Source: Octopus vulgaris (taxonomy: Eukaryota). Taken from it: a stretch of 64,000 nucleotides of DNA. How positions within the stretch are numbered: the first letter of the stretch is position 1; every line of letters starts with the position of its first letter. The translations under genes were made by a program, and so were the position numbers. The stretch is from positions 68,634,001 through 68,698,000 of the forward strand of contig OX597820.1 in NCBI GenBank assembly GCA_951406725.2, read 5' to 3'. The notes beneath the pieces are model-generated. The model was not told where the DNA came from and made no database searches. It saw only the letters and a list, made by a program, of their open reading frames with translations. This document shows, piece by piece, positions 13,298 to 26,319 of this stretch.

Positions 13298-13443
13298 GTT
13301 TGCATTTGTGTATACATTGCTGATATACAGCCGAAAAATTATTATAAGTAACGGTGAAAAACCACAGTGGTGCTCTAGAATAACCGCAGCCACATACCTG
13401 AATCGAATGATGGAATTACAAAATTAGATAATATAACCATATA

Positions 13444-13489
<46 letters not shown>

Positions 13490-13710
13490 TCTCTCTATAT
13501 ATATATGTTTATACATAAATACGTAATATATAGATACACACATACATATGTGTATATATACATATATATATGTACATGAGATATATGTATATGCATACAT
13601 CATATATATATATATACATATATACATAGATATATATACCTATATACATATACATACGTACACACACAAACGCACACAAATACACACACACACATATATA
13701 TATATATATA

Positions 13711-14284
<574 letters not shown>

Positions 14285-14969
14285 CTATGTGTTGTTTGTT
14301 TTTATGCATCTTAAAAATCTATGACGTTTGTTATGGTTAATTGTTCATACATTTCCATTTCTTACCTTAGAATTTTTCTTTCTTTGAAGTGTAACAACAG
14401 GTTTCATGTATTTTGCACCACTTTCGTTATCCCTTTTTTTAAAGTAGATAACGAATTTATGACAACGTTATGTTTTTGTTGGGACGTTATCGACGGAGAC
14501 TATACCGACATTGTAAAAACTACAGGTTACCAAAAATCAGCAGAAATCCGTTTGTGACTTCGCTAAACCTGCTCCCTGGAAATATAATTTTCCTCTGAAT
14601 CGTAACCACATTGTATTCTTTAACCCAATTTTTAGAAATGAATTTAGGACATTAGTTGGAGAAAAATTTGTGCGCAGAGAGCGCGAAGTCCAATCAGTTT
14701 TCTGGAGAGCGTCTTAACCAAAAGCACTTATTGATGAATTAAACGTTTCCTTACCTCTGCGAGGAATGATAATATTAGATGACATTCTAGAATGCACATT
14801 TGAGCAAAATTTGTGTGATGTTTCTTGTAGAAAGATTTATTCGCAAGTAGCCCTGACATGTTGTTGCCTGCATTTCTATGTATGTATGTTCATATGTATC
14901 TAAGTAGGTAGGTAAATAGGTGTATATGTATGTGAATATATATATTTATATATATACATATATATATGT

Positions 14970-15168
14970 GACCGTGTGTGTATCGTTTGCGATTTTCTTA
15001 TTCCTCCTTCCCTTCCTTGGACTTTTCCTTTTTATATGTTTCTGACGAAGAGCTCCGCTCGAAACGTTGAATCATCTTTGTTCTATCCTTTTCTGAGTGT
15101 CCAATAACACTATACTTGTTCCAGGTGCTCGCGTTGTTGTGTTTTCTCTTTGTTCATGTTTGGATTAA

Positions 15169-15170
<2 letters not shown>
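14970..15170 (+). mobile_element. Penelope-like terminal-repeat fragment with minimal hammerhead
   Basis: Contains the HHR at 15038-15072. Its 3' part matches the reverse complement of 47319-47402. Confidence 0.65.
15038..15072 (+). ncRNA. Minimal type-I hammerhead ribozyme motif
   Basis: gttt-CTGACGA-a-GAGC-tcc-GCTC-GAAA-CG-TT-gaat. Core intact; helix III reduced to the ACGT palindrome, as in Penelope minimal HHRs. Confidence 0.6.
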
Positions 15171-15244
<74 letters not shown>

Positions 15245-15289
15245 CTGTGTATGTACGTAGGTTTGCACGTATATTCTGTTCTGTTTTAA

Positions 15290-15680
15290 CTATTTCAATT
15301 CTTTCTTTGGGGGAAAAAAGCTGGTTTTAAACAAAGATACAAAGCTCCATCACTAGAATAGAGATAAACAAAACAACGTAACATTTCAAACTTCAGAAAA
15401 TTATTGCATACTTTTTTCTGTTCCGCTTGCAGATTGTCTTTCTAATGTTCGGAACCGTTGGTTGAGTCTTTTTACTAAAAAGGACTCTAGTTTATCCAAA
15501 TTGTCACTTCAGCATTTCTTCTCAAACCAAGTCTAACAATTACTATTGATATAAACGTGAATTAGTAATCTGGATATAGAAGCTGGAGGTTTCGAAACAG
15601 TTGTCCATAGCTATCCTCGTTCTCTTTGATTTTCAAAGAGATATTTATATTAGCAGGACATCTGACCTCTATGAACTCGA
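15290..15680 (-). mobile_element. 3' fragment of a non-LTR retrotransposon with restriction-like endonuclease (R4/Dong/NeSL type), decayed
   Basis: Minus frames read IEVRCPANINISLKIKENEDSYGQLFRNLQLLYPDY*FTFISIVIVRLG and then SDNLDKL...RTLERQSASGTEK. This fits the REL C-terminal pattern I[DE]V..P.D.NI..K..EK..KY..L...PIVIGALG...GT. Confidence 0.75.
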
Positions 15681-15835
15681 TGTATGTATGTATGTATGTA
15701 TGTATGTATGTATGTATGTATGTATGTATGTATGTATATACGTGCATGTTCTCTCTTCCTACTCATTTCATTAACTTGTAGCAAAATGATGATTTTTAGC
15801 ACACTAATGTTGTTCCCTTCTTAGACAATTCATTG

Positions 15836-16286
15836 GGCGCTGGAGTGACTGTGTGGTAAGTAGCTGCCTTACTAACCACATGGTTCCGGGTTAAGTTCCA
15901 CTGCGTGACATCTTGGCCAGGTGTCTTCTACTATAGCTTCGAGCCGACCAAAGCCTTGTGAGTGGATTTGGTAGACGGAGGATGAAAAAAGCCCGTCGTA
16001 TATATATATATATATGTATGTATGTGTGTGTGTGTGTGTCTGTTTGTGCGTCTGTGTGTGTGTGTTTGTGTGTCTGTGTTTGTCCCCCACAGCATCGCTT
16101 GAAATCCGATGCTGGTGTGTTTACGTCCCCGTAACTTAGCAGTTCAGCAAAAGAGACCTATAGGATAAGTACTAGGCTTACAAAGAATAAGTCTTCAGAT
16201 CAATTTGCTCGACTAAAGGGGGTGCTCCAGCACGGTCGCAGTCAGAATGACTGAAACTAGTAAAAGAGTAAAAGAGTAAAGGGAGT
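15836..16286 (+). mobile_element. SINE family A, full length with (GTAAAAGA)n tail
   Basis: Colinear with the 2394 and 41662 copies. Confidence 0.92.
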
Positions 16287-16938
16287 ATATACAAAATGAA
16301 ATGTGAAATAAAACATTCTGTTCACACAAGGTTCTTTTAATGAGATGTTACACATCTAAAAGACATTTCGCAACTTTGACTATTTCGTATTTCATACTTC
16401 TATACTGTGTTAAGGATTACATAAGACAACGTATCCCCATATTTCTAATTGATTAGTGCATGATTTGAGGTTTGCTTTTCCTAGCAAGGTGGGCCACCGG
16501 AATGCGGCTGCCTTTCCTGGCAAGAACTTTTAAAAGTTTATCTGCAATATTTTGTTCTTGGGGGCAGTAATGGCAATGTTAATCGTAACGCCTTTGATAT
16601 TACTCAATGTAGTTAAACATTTAACTATATATCATGTGGAGATTGTGAAATATGGAATTTGTAAAGGAAATGTTTCCTCCCTTCGTTGAAAGAATTAGAA
16701 GCATGAAATGGACATAGAATTAGCTGCTTGAAATATCTTGCATCGTAAACGAGCGGTACCGTGAGCAAGTATTTTAAACCAAGACATTCTATGTAAAAGT
16801 TGTTCGTCGGAAACTCTACACACGCCAATCGGCATAAGAAATTCCACCAAAATATTCAAATATACAGAAATACATATGTCTGTCTCCTTGTCTGTCTGCC
16901 CCTTTCATATGTACTCTCTTTCAATACATATAAGACCA

Positions 16939-16940
<2 letters not shown>

Positions 16941-17037
<97 letters not shown>

Positions 17038-17498
17038 TGTGTTTGTGTGTGTGTCTGTGTTTGTGCGCGTGTGAGATAGGATATATGATTATATATATGT
17101 ATCTACCTACGTACCTGCCTACCTACCTACCTACCTACCTACCTATCTATCTATCTATATCTCTATCTATATAAGATTATATTTAATGAATATTTAGTTC
17201 TTGTATATATGTATATATTTATGTATAAGACAGAGTGTATGTATATATATATACATACTGTCCTATGCATAAATATATAAAGATGCACATATGTACAAGA
17301 AGAACTAAATGTTCATTAAAATATAAACTTATATTTCAGAATATTGATATGATTATTGTTAATGTGAGTATAAGCTTACAAACCCCACGGATGTACCAAC
17401 TTTTCAAATCCCATGACATTCGCAAAGAGCTGTGAAGCCCGAAGAAAATCGTGAGATTTGAAACAGTGGCATCTCCGTAGGGCTTATATTCACAAATG

Positions 17499-17544
<46 letters not shown>

Positions 17545-17660
17545 ATTCATATATACACGCAATTGATACATACATACGTACATGCACGCACATAGACACA
17601 GACACACATTCACACGCACGCATACAGAAATACATGCATTCAGATGGAAAACAGACATAC

Positions 17661-17711
<51 letters not shown>

Positions 17712-17736
17712 TAGATATATATATATATAGATATAT

Positions 17737-17790
<54 letters not shown>
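16941..17790. repeat. Compound microsatellite block (TA)(TG)(CCTA)(GATA)
   Basis: Direct reading. Confidence 0.9.
17363..17494. mobile_element. Head-to-head inverted duplication of a decayed hammerhead motif
   Basis: Plus arm 17435-17485: aagccc-(ct missing)GAAGA-aaatc-gtga-gattt-GAAA-cagtggcatctccg-TA-gggctt. 17363-17420 is a diverged reverse complement. Confidence 0.55.
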
Positions 17791-17792
<2 letters not shown>

Positions 17793-19473
17793 AGGGAGTA
17801 ACAGGACCTCTCATATGTTTTTCTGCTGTTCTCTACTGCTACTACATGTTTTTTTTTCCATGTAGCTAATGCTTTACCCCTGTTTTTTTCTTTTTCAGTG
17901 ACCATCATGGATGGATTGGTGTACATCGTGCGTTTGCTGTTGAAACGTTATCGAGATTAATGAACGGGTTTTCTCTTTTGCCCTGGCCCGTGGTAGATAT
18001 GTATACATTTCACTGATGTATGTTGGCAAACCATATAAACATAGACAAGATAAGTGAAATGCTAGTGTTCTTCGTGCGATATGCTTAATGATTTTAACTT
18101 ATATTTATCAAAGAGGTTTTAGAATGTCCTTAATTTAAGTTTTAAAACGCTTTCGCTTAATCGACACAACGATTTAACCCCTTAATTTGTTGCTACACCT
18201 GCTCCATATAACCCTCAATTATATCTTACTTTATACCAAACTGCCTTATAATGTTAACGACTCTTTGGAAAGTGTAACGGCGAAGGAGGTAGACATAATG
18301 TTCATGCCATGAGTTCTATAGTGCATGGGATAGGGGGAAACAACATCTTCAAATATAGTAATGGGTACGTTATAAAATAAAATATAATTCATATATTGTG
18401 GTTTATTAGTCTCCAAATGATGTGGCTTATATTTATATAATATTCTTTCTGCTCTGTTGTACTAACTACACTGTATATGTTTCTACCCGAGAAGCCTGAA
18501 CGAGATGACTGATAAGATCCTGGAACTTAGACTTAACATAATGTCTGTCATAAAAGGTAGAATAAGAACACAACCATTCAGAAGAGTGTCGAATGAATCT
18601 ATTTTGAGGTGATCCTGCTAGCTCCACCAAGACCTAGAATCTATAAGGATCTATAAGATGTTACACAAGAGACGTCATTTGTCAGAATGTCGCCTCATAC
18701 GACTCAGACTAGGATTGTATACCCAGAGATCTGGACATATACTGCTTGATAATATTTGTAAAAAAAATACAAAATATATTGGATATTAGGCTTTTAACAT
18801 CTTCACACAACTGTTTCCGTCTTCAGATACAAATGAGGATATATATACTCTTAATAATATAAACCTTAATCTATATGATTAAGATCTGTTGGATCTTAAG
18901 CATTATAAATCACATCATAATCTTATTTACTATATCAACTGGTGATATATAAATGAGTTCAGCGTGACAACACGTTTGCAGGTATATACTTAATTATAGA
19001 ACTACTGTTTACGTCATGAGTTTGACACCAACGTCTGAATTATGTAATATTTCTTAGATCAATACCCAATCTGATCCCTTTCAAAAACTACACCATAAAA
19101 TAGATGCGATATTGAACAATTATTGTCCATATAAATCTATAGCTTGAGTAAATTATTTACATGAAGGTGAAATATTTTTGCAAAAATAGGAGAGCTTTCT
19201 TATTATATTTATCTTTGACATCGATATAACTAAATATTGCGTAAATCTTATGGTACTGTCTCATGGAAACCCTTTATTATAGGTACAGATCGATGATGCA
19301 ATGTATTTTTCTTACATTACAATATTTTTAATTCTGTTCTTTTGTCTCAAAGTTGCATGAACTTTACATATTCTCTGCATTAAACATAACCTATAACTTC
19401 ATATGCAGATGTATAGATAAATATACGTGTACGTATGTATGCATATGAAAATATGATTTCACGTGTTTATGTT

Positions 19474-19541
<68 letters not shown>

Positions 19542-20005
19542 CGTACACACACACATATATGCATACATATATATTATATAAATGCAGAAATGTCTCTATT
19601 AAGATATGTGTGTGTGTGTATGTTTGTGTATGCGTGCTTTGTGTATGTATCCTTTCTAAGATACTTAAAGCACGATGCTTATTATAAAATAAATGAATAC
19701 CTCTGTCCCTATAAACACAGAGAGTTTATTAGATACGCTTGACTGAACCTCAACGCATTAATTACGCTTTCACGCCTAGACCTGGTTTTCTCAAACAAAA
19801 GTTAGTAAGAAAGACTCTAATCGCCAGGAACATCACTGCCAAATAAATCAGCCATGTGAGCATTGTAAGCAAATACGAGACATTTTGTTTCTGTGGAGGT
19901 CTCCGTTAATAATCAATGACATCTTTCAATATCTGGTGGTGAGGAGTTGTATGGCGGTGGAGAGCAACCGCATTTCTTTTATTGAAGAATAGAATATATC
20001 ACGTG

Positions 20006-20006
<1 letters not shown>

Positions 20007-20094
<88 letters not shown>

Positions 20095-20227
20095 GTAGTG
20101 GTGCTGCTGCTGCTGCTGGTAGTGGTGCTGCTGCTGCTGCTGATGATGATGATGATGTGATGATGATGATGATGATGATGATGATGACGACGACGACGAC
20201 GACGACAACAACAACAACAACAACAAC

Positions 20228-20277
<50 letters not shown>
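20007..20277. repeat. Stepwise compound trinucleotide array (CTA)(CTG)(ATG)(ACG)(ACA)(ATA)
   Basis: Direct reading; abuts the 3' end of a minus-strand SINE B. Confidence 0.95.
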
Positions 20278-20278
<1 letters not shown>

Positions 20279-20435
20279 CCTTTCTACAAAAAGCACATGG
20301 CCTGAAATTTGTGGGGAGGGGACTAGTCGATTATATCGACTCCAGTGTTTCACTGATATTCTATTTATAGATGAAAGGATGAAAGGCAAAATCAACTTTG
20401 GCGGAATTTGAACTCAAAACGTAACGCCGGGCGAA
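20279..20435 (-). mobile_element. SINE family B, 5'-truncated
   Basis: gaaaggatgaaaggcaaaatcaactttggcggaatttgaactc is the reverse complement of the family B core. Confidence 0.85.
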
Positions 20436-20635
20436 GCACAAGTTTTGAAATCTTAAGGAAGGGATTAGTCGATTACATCGACCCCAGTGCTCAACCGGTA
20501 CTTATTTAATCGATCCCGAAATGATGAAAGCCAAGGTTGACCTCAGCGCTATTTGAACCCAGAGCATAAAGACGGCCGAATGGTTGCTAAGCATTGTTGC
20601 TCGGCGTGTTAACCATTCTGCCAGCTCGCCGCCTT
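20436..20635 (-). mobile_element. SINE family B monomer
   Basis: Core plus head (ttctgccagctcgccgcctt). Confidence 0.85.
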
Positions 20636-23600
20636 GCCCGCCGCCTTGCGCACTGCCTTACCTGCCTTACCGGCCTTGCCCATAAAGTGCTTCACATCAA
20701 CTGGAGAGTAATCACTGAGGTATCGATAAATCTTCAACAACTATCTAAGTTTGGTCTAAGTTTCTTTCACTGTATCACATTAATAAAGGCGTGGTTTTGC
20801 TTACTAACTATTTTAAAGTTCGGGCACTTCATGTGGAAGACCATTCAAAGTGATCGCCGGCTTCTTTCTCTGCTGCCTTTTGTCTGTGATCTTTTTTTTT
20901 TTGTCACCTTTACCTTTTCTTAATAATTTCACAACGTTCTCTAACCTCCATGTCTTCATTTAGCCGCAAGGCAAAGAAATGTTACACCTCCTCAGAGCCC
21001 TCCATCCCGTCGTGCCTTGAGGGATATACTTCTCGGCTACTCAATGCAGGGATATACTTCTCGGCAATTCCGGTCTCGTTGTCGAATATCGGTGTTGGTG
21101 GAAGTGTGGAAGAAGCTTCCCCTCTTGTTGTGAAGTTCAGACCGGTTTTTCTTTGCAAATAGGGATGACCTCTCCTATACTATCACCCCTTAGTCTCTGT
21201 CCCACCCCGCCAATTTTTCTTTTGACTGCCCCTTTGTTTTCAGAAGGGTACACTTTAACGTCTTTAGTATCGTATATATATATGAACTTCTGTTTACACC
21301 ACTTGAATAATTGCGATTCATCCTTAATTCTTGAATAAAAGACAGGTTTTTGTAGATTTGTAGTCATTAATGGGGATATCAATAACTGTAAGTCCATGCA
21401 AGTCTCAGCGACACGGTGTTTTTGGGATTATCGCTATATTCATTTCATGCCCGTACTTATGTGTAAACGTACCAGAAATGATATTCGGTACTGGAATGCC
21501 GTCTGACATCTTGGCATTTCTGAGACTCATATGAGATACTCTTACAGTTTTAATTTCTGATTCCTTGTCTTAAGCCTGCCCGTCAATATGCGTTGCTGTG
21601 GATGTGAAGTACACTTCCTGTGATAAACATCAGCCAAATTTTCCCCAGTTTCTCTATCGAGAACATAGGGAAGCCGCCTCAACGTTTGAAAAGTGGATAT
21701 ATCTTCACTTCTTTCTCTTACCTGAGCAAAATTGTCGAGCAAAGATGCTGACTTTTGTGACATACATCGCCCACAACCAGTTTGGCTTCAGTAAAAAGCA
21801 TCTTCTCAGCATATGGCTGTACTGATAAATCACCTGCATTACTTTTTTCCTCATAAGTTTGGATGTGTATAATGAACTCAGCTAATACGTTTAGTAGAGA
21901 CTGAGAGATGAAAGTAAAATTTAAATTTGGGGCTCACAAAGTCTTTGCATTAAAAAGTTTCAAGATTTTGTTTGCTACTTTCATCATGGTTCATTATATT
22001 AACTTGTGCAATATGTATTAATGTATCTTCTTCTCGGTAAAATTCACGAGAAGAGACTTCACTCTGCATTTGAAGGGTCTCTATATTTCTATTCTCAAAA
22101 GTTATTAAGAAAATGAAGCAACTATACTTGCTTTTGCTTTCATTCTCCATCAAAGGCAGGGATATCTCACCCAGTATTAACCTGTATATTCAATTGTCAA
22201 ACTGTTAAATACCTTTTCTCTTTAAGTATTACAGATTTATTTAACTACCAAACACAAAAAAAAAATCATTTCTGATTATACTATTTGCTATTCACTAGAC
22301 GAACCGAATATTTCTAAGTCAAACGATTTTGTCAAGATATGAACACTTGGAGAATTTTCTGTACGCTTAGAAAGCTTCTGTGGACCTCTGATTAAAAACA
22401 TGCTTAGTCATTCTAGTTTTATTTTCAAGATCTATCTTTTTAATAATGCATAGTAACGATTGATCTTTTAGGAAGGACGAGTTAACAGTTATAATCTCTC
22501 TTGATCAGATTCATTGAGTTGCACCGTGAACAATTCTGCTTCTTTCGCTTCTCCCTTGAAACAGACGTAAGAACCGATGATCAACGAAGAACTGATGTAA
22601 AAGACGTAATGGTAAATATCGTTTCTTGAGTTACACACAGCATTTTCCAACGTAAAGCCCAGTTGGCGACGAAAACCACACTTCTTAAATAACACGAAGG
22701 ATAAATTGGTTAACGTATTGTAGTGTACACTACGACTAAAAATTTCTTATTATAAAGTAGGTCAATCATTTATTTCATTTTTTATTCAGCTTAATCAGAT
22801 AAGAAGAAAAACCGACAAAACAGTGCTTTATAAAAATACATTTTGTGGTATTTGCGAAGCACGAATTTCACAGACACCACTTTTTAACTCTCACCATCAC
22901 AAATGCAATAAACTAATGAATAGACCGTTGGAATGTATAACAACCAAATATAAAATATTGAAATAAATTTGAGATGAAACAATACTTCTTGATAGTCAAT
23001 TACAACGTTCGTCTTTTTATTTTTTTCAGAAGTAGTCTTCAGAATCTAATGCAGAAGTGAATGTAAAATTTCAAAAATCATCCGCCTAACGTGAATAGGA
23101 GCAAGGTGACCCTGCAAATCTATGCAAGCTATTCAATAAAAGAACTGAATTAATTTGCATTTTATAGATATTTAAGCGGCGACGAATTTAATAATCGTGC
23201 GTATAATGATGAACCTGTGAAAATAGATATGTCATATTTGACATAATTCTAAATCTTGATTTTTTTTTATACCACCATCATTTTATCAAATCCATTAACA
23301 CATTGCCAGGTGAAGACACACCGTACACTTTTCTAGTGTTAGATTAGAATGGCATATAATCAGGTATCACAGAACACATTGTTATAGAGTTATGTTAATA
23401 AGCGTTAGATACTGCGCAACGAATGAAAGATTCGGAGACGAGATGATATAAGAAAAATATATAAATAACTAAACGAGAAAGCTGATTATCAAGTTACAAA
23501 TTCATAACGAAATCAAAGTTACATTTTCTCTAAAAAATCTGAAGGGAATAATCACCGTATTTAACGGTAAAAGTACAACGACTAAATCACTAGTGCAATC

Positions 23601-24029
23601 ATGCAAATGTATATAAGATTTCGTGTAAGTTTCCAACAATAAATATATATCGTTAGTAAAATTATTAAAATGGGTACCGAAATTACTCTCAAGTTACGAA
23701 CAATTGACAACAATTGAAATATGGATCTTAAAGATCAATCATTGACATGAATAATTGAATGCTTTTAGTTAACTTAGAACTAAGGCACACCGTTGCACAT
23801 ACGCAAACATCTACACTTAGGTCATATTCTATGAGATGCGAATCTTCAATGTAATATGTTTTATAATATCGTACACAAGACTTAAACTAAGATTTAGGTC
23901 TGTCATGAGTCCGGTGACACATTATACCGCTGCTTAAACCTGTGTAAATAGTATAAGTAACCACGATTACAAAATGATCCCCTGAACAACATGATGGTCC
24001 GCTGGAGAATCAACTTCTCAGATAGTGCA

Positions 24030-24165
24030 GGAACTCGTTGTCAGCTGAGTAGGTTGCAGTAATGGGAAATAAAGTGTTTTGATCAAAAATCCAGCTCACT
24101 ACTCTGTCTGGGAATCGACACCATGATAATACGATTCTAAGAGCAATACTCTCACCACTTTGCTA
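24030..24165 (-). mobile_element. Decayed tRNA-SINE head and core (family C-like)
   Basis: cagctgagt...gaaataaagtgttttgatcaa...gggaatcga...accact resembles the reverse complement of 46635-46760. Confidence 0.55.
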
Positions 24166-24834
24166 TATGACAATATCGTAATAATCGTGTAATTCCAGAA
24201 ACTCCTATTGTATGAAAATACTATCCTTAGAATATATGTGCGAGTTTAAAACATAATGCGACTTACTACTCTATTTTATTTTTATGTAGATGGAAAAGGC
24301 CTGCTTTAGTAATCTCTAGCACACCCGCTATTTTAGATGGAATCTATGATTAAGAAGAATAATCTAGCGACTATTTGTTGCATAAATAAAAATTCAGAGA
24401 GAAATTTACATGGCACAATTTAGAAACATATTTTGCTCATTATCGTAGCAGTACACAGCAATTATAAAAGATGAGACACACAATCTTTGCGGTGATTATA
24501 GCTTTGATGTAGAATTACTAACACTTGTGAGAAGGTGCATTATTGATTTCAAACCAACATGGCAGCTAAAATATACAGAATACAGTAGAGGAATCAAACT
24601 TAGATTGTTTTCCATATGCTACTTAAAATACAGGGGATCGGCAAATACTACTCTGTAAGAAAGAACGTGTCGCTATTACGATTAATTTACGTTAGATTTA
24701 GAAATACATTGATCTGGAAATAGGAATGCCTAATTCTGTAGTCATAGATGTAACTAAACAGACAAGATGCTGAGGGTTGAAATACGTTTCATTATAGCTC
24801 AGTCCATCAGCCTTTACTTGCAGCGAAACAAAGA

Positions 24835-24835
24835 T

Positions 24836-24877
<42 letters not shown>

Positions 24878-24930
24878 AAAAACAACAACAACAACAACAA
24901 CAATAACAACAATAACAACAACAACAGCAA
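24835..24930. repeat. (CAA)n microsatellite, interrupted
   Basis: Direct reading. Confidence 0.9.
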
Positions 24931-26228
24931 CTGTAACCATAGCAATAACAGAACTGCAACAAAAATTAAAATCATCGACATCCTACAGAAAATGACTTGA
25001 TATATTTATATATATATATATGCAACTCATAACTTTTCATCGAACGTAGAAGTGGTTGTAATCTGGTGTTAACACAACGAGGGGGATTTTTCGAGATTTT
25101 TTATTGAGGCTTCGAGGGAAAATATTTCCTAAACAATACATCAAACCTCAATGGACATCAATACATTCCCGAAGAAACTAAAACCTGTCCACATGTAAAT
25201 ACCTGGAACTAGAAATATTGTGTATAAGGTGTTAAAAATACATTTCAATTGAGTGAAATTCATACACGAAGAACGTAGCAGATCAACCTCATGGCAATGG
25301 AGTTTGCTTGACTTATGAAGTGACTCTAATAATCCAGAAACACAAAAGGGCAATCTCCTTATTTTTCTGTTTGCAAAGAGATAGTAAATATATTTACATT
25401 TGTTTACTTTCCACAACACAGGGGCTATGAAACTAAAATGTAAAGATATTAGAGTTATCTTTGCTTTCTGATACACACTGCATGTGCATAAAAATATTCA
25501 AGAAACATTCAACCTCGCTGCCGGCTTAAAACACTGTATGCGAATTAGTTTCATAATATGTTAGACACCAATTTGGATTTCACATAAAAGACTTTTCAGA
25601 TTTGAAGCTCGGCAAATCTTTTATTCAGTTTACGAAAGGGAAAATGACACACGCACACATTTGTTTAGTTTCCATAGCATATATATAGGTTACCAAGTAT
25701 ATATTAAATTGTAATATTTTGAGCATAAAGATATTCGGAAAGCACGTATACAAACACACATTTTTCGTACTGCAGTAGCACTTGTAGGTATGTTTTTTAC
25801 TCCCAATCCCGGCTTCAACTGAGTAGCCATTGTTGTATGCTGTAAAGTAAAATATTCTTTAAGTCTCTTTGTCTCCCTCACCAACATACTTGCCAGGCCT
25901 CCCTGAGGTCACCTCCGGTGTTGGGAGCATTGCGGCTCCAGGTTAGTTTTGCAGAGAATATTGGAGCTGCAACAGGACCCAGGGATAAAGTGTATTGGCC
26001 TAGCTTGTTGGATATACTCTAAAACATATCACTGACTGTCCTATTTTGTGAGAGCTTACAACAAGACAAAAGTTAAAAGAATGTACCTCAAGAAGAGAAA
26101 TGATTATAGATTTCAGATATGTCATTTGGATATTCAGCAGCCTCTGGCAGCTGCGACGATGTAGCGATTGTATTGGGTTCCCTCGCCACCAAATATATCT
26201 TCTAACCATCTTCTTCTGATACTAGGAT

Positions 26229-26305
26229 CTGAAAGGCTCCAATATGTAGGTGAACTGAAAGGCTTCAATATGTAGGGGGAACTGAAGAGCTTCGATATAT
26301 GGGTA
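26229..26305. repeat. Three-copy 26-27-bp tandem repeat
   Basis: ctgaaaggctccaatatgtaggtgaa / ctgaaaggcttcaatatgtagggggaa / ctgaagagcttcgatatatgggta. Confidence 0.85.
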
Positions 26306-26319
26306 GATTCTACAATATA

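Noticed and set aside
14755-14869. Minus-strand exon candidate ending in a strong GAG|GTAAGG donor
   Set aside because: No polypyrimidine tract, no recognisable protein and no compatible open neighbouring exon.
18798-18830. CTGAAGA-CG-GAAA-CAGTTG (-), with similar strings at ~30545-30572(-) and ~44895-44930(+)
   Set aside because: Stem II or the core is missing, and there is no valid NUH with stem I.
26229-26305. CRISPR-like repeats (also 10160 and 61351)
   Set aside because: Contiguous tandem units without unique spacers, eukaryotic context, no cas genes.
25880-26310. LINE RT remnants (EMIIDFR, EELRYMG)
   Set aside because: Two short motifs with incoherent spacing; insufficient for a call.
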